Positions 57,963 through 64,000 of a DNA stretch of 64,000 bases are shown piece by piece. The notes beneath the pieces were generated by a model that saw only the letters and a list, made by a program, of their open reading frames with translations, was not told the origin of the DNA and searched no databases. The position numbers were made by a program, and so were the translations under genes. Source of the DNA: an uncultured bacterium (lineage in GTDB: Bacteria; Patescibacteriota; Patescibacteriia; Magasanikbacterales; GWA2-37-8); contig CALCZC010000007.1 in NCBI GenBank assembly GCA_937903605.1, forward strand, positions 37,982-101,981, in the 5' to 3' direction. The stretch's first letter is position 1, and every line of letters begins with the position of its first letter.

Positions 57963-59353
57963 TATTTTAATTTTATATTTACCTCTTCCAAAGATTTGGA
58001 AGGCAGTGTTGATGGCGCACCCATCATCAAGTCGCGAGCATCACTAGTTTTTGGAAAAGCCATGACTTCGCGAATATTTTCTTCTCCTTGAAGCAACATT
58101 ACTAATCTATCCAGACCCAAAGCCAAACCACCGTGCGGTGGCGGAGAAAAAGTAAAAGCTTCCAAAATATGTCCGAAACGAGATTCTATCTCTTCTTTGT
58201 TCAAACCTAGTATTTCAAAAATTTTATTTTGCAAGTCACGTTCGTGTATTCTCATGCTACCGCCACCGACTTCAAAGCCGTTGAGGACCAAATCATAAGC
58301 TATAGCTCTGGCCTTTAGGGGGTCTTTTTCCAAAATTTCCAAATCTTCATTTTGCGGACGAGTAAAGGGGTGGTGCACAGCTACCAGCTTTTGTTCTTCT
58401 TCGCTTTTTTCAAACATTGGAAAATCAACAACCCAGGCAAAAGCAAGCTCGTTTTTGTCGTTTTTATCTTTTCTTAAATCTGGTTTATCGTTGCCATATT
58501 TTTCCATCGCCTCTTTATAAGTCAAACGAGGAAAAGGTTTTTGCATTATATTTTTTTCTCCGTATTGTTCTTCCACTAATTTTATCATCGCCTCTTCCAT
58601 TAAATTTAGAATTTCTTCTTGATCAGTAAAAGACATTTCCAAATCAAATTGAGTAAACTCTGGCTGTCTGTCACCACGTTGATCCTCATCACGAAAACAA
58701 CGAACTATCTGAAAATACCTCTCCAATCCGGCAACCATCAAAAGCTGTTTGAATTGTTGCGGAGATTGCGGTAAAACGTAAAATTCACCTTTAAAAAGAC
58801 GAGAGGGAACCAAAAATTCTCGCGCACCCTCGGGTGTGCCTTTGGTCAAATACGGTGTTTCTATTTCTGTAAATCCCTTACCCGAAAAATAATTACGCAA
58901 AAATAAATTTATTTTATGACGATTGATCAAGTTTTTTTTCATTCTTTCGCTACGCAAATCCAAATAGCGATATTTCATGCGAAGCGGTTCAGAAAATTCT
59001 CTGGTATCCCCGCTAACTTCAAAAGGTAGTGCAACTGTTTCGTTGATAACTTTGATTTCTTTGGCTAAAATCTCCACCGTACCGGTTGGCATATCCGGAT
59101 TTATCTGTTTAGCCCCACGAGCTTGGACAACACCACGCAACTCAATCAAATCTTCCAAACGAATTTTTTTGAGTTCTTCGTTGGATTTTTCATCTAATTC
59201 GGAAGGAACACCGACAACTTGCAAAATACCGTCTTTGTCACGCAAATCAAAAAACGCAATCTTACCCATATCACGACGGGCGTTAATCCATCCTTTTAAC
59301 AATACTTCCTCCCCCACTTTATTTACCGTTTCGGTAGAAAAAATTCTATTCAT
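57962..59353 (-). CDS. aspS: Aspartate--tRNA ligase (short form without the GAD insertion domain)
   Basis: N-terminal OB fold. Class II motif 2 FRDED. GGGSMRIHERDLQNKIFEILG and PHGGLALGLDRLVMLLQGEENIREVMAFPKT are near-identical to bacterial AspRS motif 3. Only 463 aa. Confidence 0.85.
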   Translation of the reverse strand: MNRIFSTETVNKVGEEVLLKGWINARRDMGKIAFFDLRDKDGILQVVGVPSELDEKSNEELKKIRLEDLIELRGVVQARGAKQINPDMPTGTVEILAKEIKVINETVALPFEVSGDTREFSEPLRMKYRYLDLRSERMKKNLINRHKINLFLRNYFSGKGFTEIETPYLTKGTPEGAREFLVPSRLFKGEFYVLPQSPQQFKQLLMVAGLERYFQIVRCFRDEDQRGDRQPEFTQFDLEMSFTDQEEILNLMEEAMIKLVEEQYGEKNIMQKPFPRLTYKEAMEKYGNDKPDLRKDKNDKNELAFAWVVDFPMFEKSEEEQKLVAVHHPFTRPQNEDLEILEKDPLKARAIAYDLVLNGFEVGGGSMRIHERDLQNKIFEILGLNKEEIESRFGHILEAFTFSPPPHGGLALGLDRLVMLLQGEENIREVMAFPKTSDARDLMMGAPSTLPSKSLEEVNIKLK

Positions 59354-59357
59354 ATTT

Positions 59358-59636
59358 TTATATTTCTTTTATTGTTATCTCGTATCCATGTCCTTTGTTT
59401 ATTTTTTTAACAACAATCTTTTTATTATTTAATAATATCTGATTTTGTTCACCATCTTGAAGATGTTCAATCCTTTCTTTAATATCTCTTTCTCGACTGG
59501 CTATCATCGCCGGAAGATTTTCTTCCGCCCATGATTTTTTTATTCTTTCCATAATCTCATTTATATCCGAAATAACCTCTGAATCTGCAGAACTATCTTT
59601 TTGAACAAAAGAACCTCCCTTTTCAATAGAATTCAT
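59358..59636 (-). CDS. Hypothetical small protein
   Basis: 92-aa ORF co-oriented with its neighbours. No motifs. Confidence 0.3.
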   Translation of the reverse strand: MNSIEKGGSFVQKDSSADSEVISDINEIMERIKKSWAEENLPAMIASRERDIKERIEHLQDGEQNQILLNNKKIVVKKINKGHGYEITIKEI

Positions 59637-59665
59637 ATGGATTGTTTTAAAAAATTTATTTGATA

Positions 59666-60670
59666 TTATTTACTTGAACCAAACAATTCCGCCATTTCCA
59701 CCAATCGACTAGCATAACCGTATTCATTGTCATACCAAGCTACTATTTTTACCAAATCTCCGCCTACTACATTGGTCAAGTTCAAATCAACAATAGAAGA
59801 ATAAGGATTTCCGATAAAATCAGCGGAGACCAATTCTTCATAAGTGGCGTCAAGAACACCCTCAAATCTATCGGTTTTACTGGCTTTGACAAAAGCCTCA
59901 TTAATTTCTTCTTTGGTGGTTTTCTTTTTTAATACTACGGTAATATCTGATAATGAAACGGTCACCACCGGCACGCGAAGCGCAATACCGTCAAAAATAC
60001 CTTTTACCGCCGGAATAGTTTCTGCCACAGCTTTGGCCGCACCGGTTGTGGTCGGCACAATACTTTCCGCGGCTGCGCGAGCGCGACGAAGATCTTTGTG
60101 CGGTCCGTCTTGAATATTTTGATCTGCAGTATAGGCATGAACTGTACTCATCATCGCTTTTTCAATTCCAAAATTTTCTTCAAGCACCGCCATTACCGGA
60201 GCAATACAATTGGTAGTACAAGAAGCATTACTAATAACCTTTGATTCTTCATCTTTTACTTTGCCGCAATTAACTCCACGTACATAGGTCGGGATATCTC
60301 CACCTTTACCGGGAGCGGAAATAACTACTTTTTTAGCTCCGGCTTTTATATGAAGTTCGGCACCGTCTTTTTTGGTAAAATGTCCGGTGCATTCCAAAAC
60401 AACATCGATTTCCATATCTTTCCAGGGTAGCGCGGAAGGATCTTTTTCCGCAAAAACCGGAATCTTTACTCCGTCAACAATAATATTTTTTTCATCATAA
60501 CCGATTTCTTTATCATAGGTCGGATAAGCAGTGTCATATTTGAGCAGATGTGCCAAAGTCTTGGTATCGGTCAAATCATTGATAGCGACGATATTAAAAT
60601 TTTTCCTCCCAAAACCAGCCTTGAAAGAATGGCGGCCGATACGGCCAAAACCGTTGATTGCAATACGCAT
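59666..60670 (-). CDS. gap: Glyceraldehyde-3-phosphate dehydrogenase
   Basis: MRIAINGFGRIGR (NAD-binding), active site SNASCTTNC, WYDNEYGY C-terminal motif. Confidence 0.9.
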   Translation of the reverse strand: MRIAINGFGRIGRHSFKAGFGRKNFNIVAINDLTDTKTLAHLLKYDTAYPTYDKEIGYDEKNIIVDGVKIPVFAEKDPSALPWKDMEIDVVLECTGHFTKKDGAELHIKAGAKKVVISAPGKGGDIPTYVRGVNCGKVKDEESKVISNASCTTNCIAPVMAVLEENFGIEKAMMSTVHAYTADQNIQDGPHKDLRRARAAAESIVPTTTGAAKAVAETIPAVKGIFDGIALRVPVVTVSLSDITVVLKKKTTKEEINEAFVKASKTDRFEGVLDATYEELVSADFIGNPYSSIVDLNLTNVVGGDLVKIVAWYDNEYGYASRLVEMAELFGSSK

Positions 60671-60678
60671 AAAATAAA

Positions 60679-61008
60679 TTATTTTAAATTAATTATTGAT
60701 AAAATTAGTAAGAAAAAAATAAAAGCCGCAGCAAACCAAAATACAGTATAGCCTAAAAATGCTAGTGCTTCTTTTTTTTGATTATCCAAGTACAATTGTA
60801 TCGGACGACCGAAAAACAAAATAGCCATAATCGCAGCCGATAATACGAGTAACATCAATGCGATGACTGGTGAGAAAAAATTATCCGCTTTGCCCAAGAG
60901 AAACTCGGCGACTTGAAAAAAGGCAGCAACACAAAAAATATATATAGTTGCTAAAAAAACATGTAAAAATGATTGTTTTAATAATTTTTTATCCATATTA
61001 TTGTTCAC
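60679..61008 (-). CDS. Hypothetical membrane protein (3 TM)
   Basis: Hydrophobic helices only. Confidence 0.3.
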   Translation of the reverse strand: MNNNMDKKLLKQSFLHVFLATIYIFCVAAFFQVAEFLLGKADNFFSPVIALMLLVLSAAIMAILFFGRPIQLYLDNQKKEALAFLGYTVFWFAAAFIFFLLILSIINLK

Positions 61009-61315
61009 TTTTATATCCTTGTTTAATAAAATCTGCAGACTCGCCTTTTAGAAAAAATCTGGCCTGACCGACTTTAAAACTAAACATATTTTCTTTTTCA
61101 TCATATTTCAAAGAATGAATGATGACATTTTGTTTTTGATCGGATACTTTTTCAAACTCATCTTTATTTCTGGTAGAAAAAGTAACTGCAGGTAATTCTT
61201 TACCTCCCGCCCAATCTTTCAAAAAATCTTGTATTGAATCCCCGTATTTTTGAAGCAACTCATAAGACTCTTTTTCCATTTCCGCCTCAGGATTAAATTG
61301 GTTGTGTTCTGACAT
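60998..61315 (-). CDS. Hypothetical small protein
   Basis: 105 aa. No motifs. Confidence 0.3.
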   Translation of the reverse strand: MSEHNQFNPEAEMEKESYELLQKYGDSIQDFLKDWAGGKELPAVTFSTRNKDEFEKVSDQKQNVIIHSLKYDEKENMFSFKVGQARFFLKGESADFIKQGYKSEQ

Positions 61316-61374
61316 ATAAATTAAGCTTAAATTTCTTTATTTATTTGCTTTAAGCGTAAATTATCATACCATTT

Positions 61375-62559
61375 TTAAGTCACTTTCGCAAATATTACTT
61401 TGAGATATTCCCCTTCTGTATAAGAAGCCAGTTCCGGATGATCAAGACCATGAGTAAAAGTTTCCAAAATTTGTAAATTTCTACCTACTCGACCGGCAGA
61501 ATTGGCTAACATATGGCGAAAATCGTTCAAACTCAGATGGGCTGAGCAAGAAGCGCTCACCAAAATACCGCCCTGAGGTAAAATTTTCATCGCCGCTTCG
61601 TTTATCCTTTTATAACCAACCAAACCCTCTTTTATTTTGTGACGATTTTTGATAAAAGCCGGGGGGTCTAAAATGATAACATCAAATTTTTCCATCACGA
61701 CTTCACTGCGAACCAAAAACTCCTTGACATCACCGACTTCAAATTCGTTTTTTTTTAAATCCAATTTATTTAATTTGAAATTTTCTTTTGCCAATTCAAT
61801 AGCTCCTTGCGAGGCGTCCACACTGACTGTTTTTTTTGCTCCGGCAACGGCTGCATAAACACTAAATCCTCCGGTGTATGAAAAACAATTCAAAACTTTT
61901 TTATCTTTGACATATTTTTGCAAAGCTAGTCTTTTGTCACGCTGATCCAGGAAAAAACCAGTTTTTTGGCCAGTCATAATATCCACCCAAAACTTCAAGC
62001 CGTTTTCTTTTATTTCCACTTTTTCCGGTACTTTGCCATATAGTAAACCACTCTTACTTTCGGCGCCCTCAATCCCACGGGCTTTCATATCCGAACGTTC
62101 ATAAACACCTTTTGGTTTGATAATTTTCACCAAAGCGGAAATTATCTGCTCTTTCCAAAACTCAATTCCGCGATTATGAAATTGTATAGATAAATAATCG
62201 GCATATTTATCAACTATCAAACCCGGTAAAAAATCGTTTTCACCGTAAACCAAACGACAAGAATCGGTATTTTTACTGAGTACAAATTGTTCGCGAATTT
62301 CCAAAGCATTTTTAATCCTATTGTCAAAAAACTTCTGATCAACTATTTCTGTTTCATCAAAACCCCAAAGACGAACCGCGATTTGCGAATAAGAATTGAA
62401 GTAACCCTGTGCAATAAAACGATTATTTTCATCATAAATAGCTACCGGCATACCACAATCCAAACCCTCCGGGATTTGTTTAAAAGCACCGGAAAAAATC
62501 CAAGGATGGCGTGCCAAAACCGGTCCCAAACGCTTTGTATTGATAGTCAATTTGATCAT
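61375..62559 (-). CDS. rlmI: 23S rRNA (cytosine-C5)-methyltransferase RlmI-like (PUA + class I SAM MTase)
   Basis: N-terminal PUA-like region LARHPWIFSGAF, SAM motif I VLNCFSYTGGFS, DPPAF motif IV. 394 aa. Confidence 0.7.
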   Translation of the reverse strand: MIKLTINTKRLGPVLARHPWIFSGAFKQIPEGLDCGMPVAIYDENNRFIAQGYFNSYSQIAVRLWGFDETEIVDQKFFDNRIKNALEIREQFVLSKNTDSCRLVYGENDFLPGLIVDKYADYLSIQFHNRGIEFWKEQIISALVKIIKPKGVYERSDMKARGIEGAESKSGLLYGKVPEKVEIKENGLKFWVDIMTGQKTGFFLDQRDKRLALQKYVKDKKVLNCFSYTGGFSVYAAVAGAKKTVSVDASQGAIELAKENFKLNKLDLKKNEFEVGDVKEFLVRSEVVMEKFDVIILDPPAFIKNRHKIKEGLVGYKRINEAAMKILPQGGILVSASCSAHLSLNDFRHMLANSAGRVGRNLQILETFTHGLDHPELASYTEGEYLKVIFAKVT

Positions 62560-62646
62560 AAAAAATTATAGTTTAAGTCCCTTTATTTTAAAGCAAAAAC
62601 AAAATAAAAACAACCCCGGATAAAATAGGGGCTGTTTTTAAAAAAC

Positions 62647-63171
62647 TTATTTATTTAAAATTCCCAATATGACCTCATCACACCATTTTCCTTCAAACTT
62701 TATCGCTTCTTTTTTAATACCTTCAATAGTAAAACCCAATTTCTTACATAATTTTATAGATGCAATATTTTTACTATTAATTTCTAATGTTAAACGTCTT
62801 AATTTCATTTTTTTGAAAGCATGTTCTATTATTTTATGCGATGCTTCCAAACCATATCCTTGTCTCCAAAATTTTTTACTAATTATAATTAAAAATTCCG
62901 CACTTTTATATTCACGATTAATACTGTAGAGGTTAACTTCGCCTATTGGCTGTTCTTTATTTTCCAAAACAACCGCAAGATGTACTGATTCTCCATTTTT
63001 CATCTTTTTTTTAAATTTTCTAAAAATTTTTTTATATTGTTCAAAGCTTATTTTTCCGCCAAACCATTTATTTATTTCGGGTTCGCAATATATTTTATAT
63101 AACGCTTTTAAATCCTTATACACAATAGCCTTTAAATATACTTTATTCTTATTGTTTTGATTTTTTAACAT
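62647..63171 (-). CDS. GNAT family N-acetyltransferase
   Basis: Acetyl-CoA binding motif A RQGYGLEASHKIIEHAF and the surrounding GNAT fold pattern. Confidence 0.75.
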   Translation of the reverse strand: MLKNQNNKNKVYLKAIVYKDLKALYKIYCEPEINKWFGGKISFEQYKKIFRKFKKKMKNGESVHLAVVLENKEQPIGEVNLYSINREYKSAEFLIIISKKFWRQGYGLEASHKIIEHAFKKMKLRRLTLEINSKNIASIKLCKKLGFTIEGIKKEAIKFEGKWCDEVILGILNK

Positions 63172-63267
63172 AAGATTAAAAAATATAATAATATAAATAT
63201 TATAACAGAAAAAAATATTTTACAAAAAAATCGCCTTTAAAGGCGATTTTTTATTCTTCATAAAAAC

Positions 63268-64000
63268 TTATTTATTCATTTGCTCCGCTACTTCCGCGGC
63301 AAAATCATTTGATTTTTTAGCCAATCCTTCGCCCAATTCAAAACGAACAAATTTTTCCACTTTTATATCAGCGCCTTTTTCCGCCAAATAAGCAGTAACA
63401 GATTTTTCTTCATCTTTGATAAAAGGTTGTTCCAACAAACAAACTTCACTATAAAATTTATCCATTTTTCCTTTGAGAATGTTTTCAATGATATTTTCCG
63501 GTTTTCCTTGAGCGCGTAATTGTTCGGCATAAATCTCTCTTTCTTTATCAAGTGTCCCGCTATCAACCATTTCACGATTCAAAAATTTTGGATTAGCGGC
63601 CGCCACTTGCATGGAAATATCACGAGCCAAAGATTCGTCGTTAGTATTGTTCAAAAGAGTAAGTACGGAGATTTTTCCACCCATATGCAAATATGGTCCA
63701 AAAACATCGCTATCTTTTTTCTCCAAAATTTCAAAACGACGTAAGGATATTTTTTCTCCGATAGTTGCAGATTTGTTAACAATATAATCGTTCAAAACAA
63801 CATCTCCGATTTTTTCCGCCAAAGCATTTTCCAAAGAAGACGGTTTTTTATCAAGTAAAAAATTGGCAATTTCATCAACCATTTTCTTAAATTCTTCATT
63901 TTTGGCGACAAAGTCAGTTTCGGAATTAACTTCCAAAACTACACCAAAATTTCCAACTGTTTTTACTTCGGTCAAACCCTCAGCTGCAATTTTATTTTCA
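63268..64000 (-). CDS. tsf: Elongation factor Ts (N-terminus lies beyond the window end)
   Basis: VVLEVNSETDFVAKNEEF is the EF-Ts signature. The reading frame remains open to the window edge, so the UBA-like N-terminus is missing from this window. Confidence 0.8.
   Translation of the reverse strand, partial: ENKIAAEGLTEVKTVGNFGVVLEVNSETDFVAKNEEFKKMVDEIANFLLDKKPSSLENALAEKIGDVVLNDYIVNKSATIGEKISLRRFEILEKKDSDVFGPYLHMGGKISVLTLLNNTNDESLARDISMQVAAANPKFLNREMVDSGTLDKEREIYAEQLRAQGKPENIIENILKGKMDKFYSEVCLLEQPFIKDEEKSVTAYLAEKGADIKVEKFVRFELGEGLAKKSNDFAAEVAEQMNK

Overview
This is an AT-rich, gene-dense bacterial window whose features (small ribosomal and tRNA-synthetase genes, archaeal-type UMP kinase, short AspRS, many small membrane proteins, a giant secreted protein) look like a Patescibacteria/CPR-type genome. 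Most of the window is housekeeping. On the minus strand: rplJ-rplL, argS, tyrS, valS, aspS, the glycolytic genes gap, pgk, eno and two tandem gpmI copies, scpA/scpB, ndk, rlmI and a tsf fragment at the window edge. On the plus strand: tRNA-Val and rpmB (L28, missed by the ORF track). There are two minus-strand tRNA-Leu(GAG)-like genes, one atypical with a duplicated 3' fragment, next to a GIY-YIG gene. The accessory region is 22.4-41.4 kb. It holds a repeat-dense leader with a consensus promoter and three paralogous acidic lipoprotein genes, each convergent with a copy of a small Cys-rich C-terminal module. Two of those copies are orphan or silent and about 100% identical to each other over 217 bp; each sits next to an AAA_14/DUF4143 ATPase. 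The third copy is the C-terminus of a 2976-aa secreted Cys-rich giant protein, co-oriented with a 1025-aa multi-TM coiled-coil protein. I propose this as a candidate cassette/gene-conversion locus for surface-protein C-terminal variation. Also present are a family of MITE-like inverted-repeat elements, one carrying a four-helix-bundle gene, dispersed AT-rich palindromes, and a run of consensus-promoter monocistronic small membrane/TPR genes.
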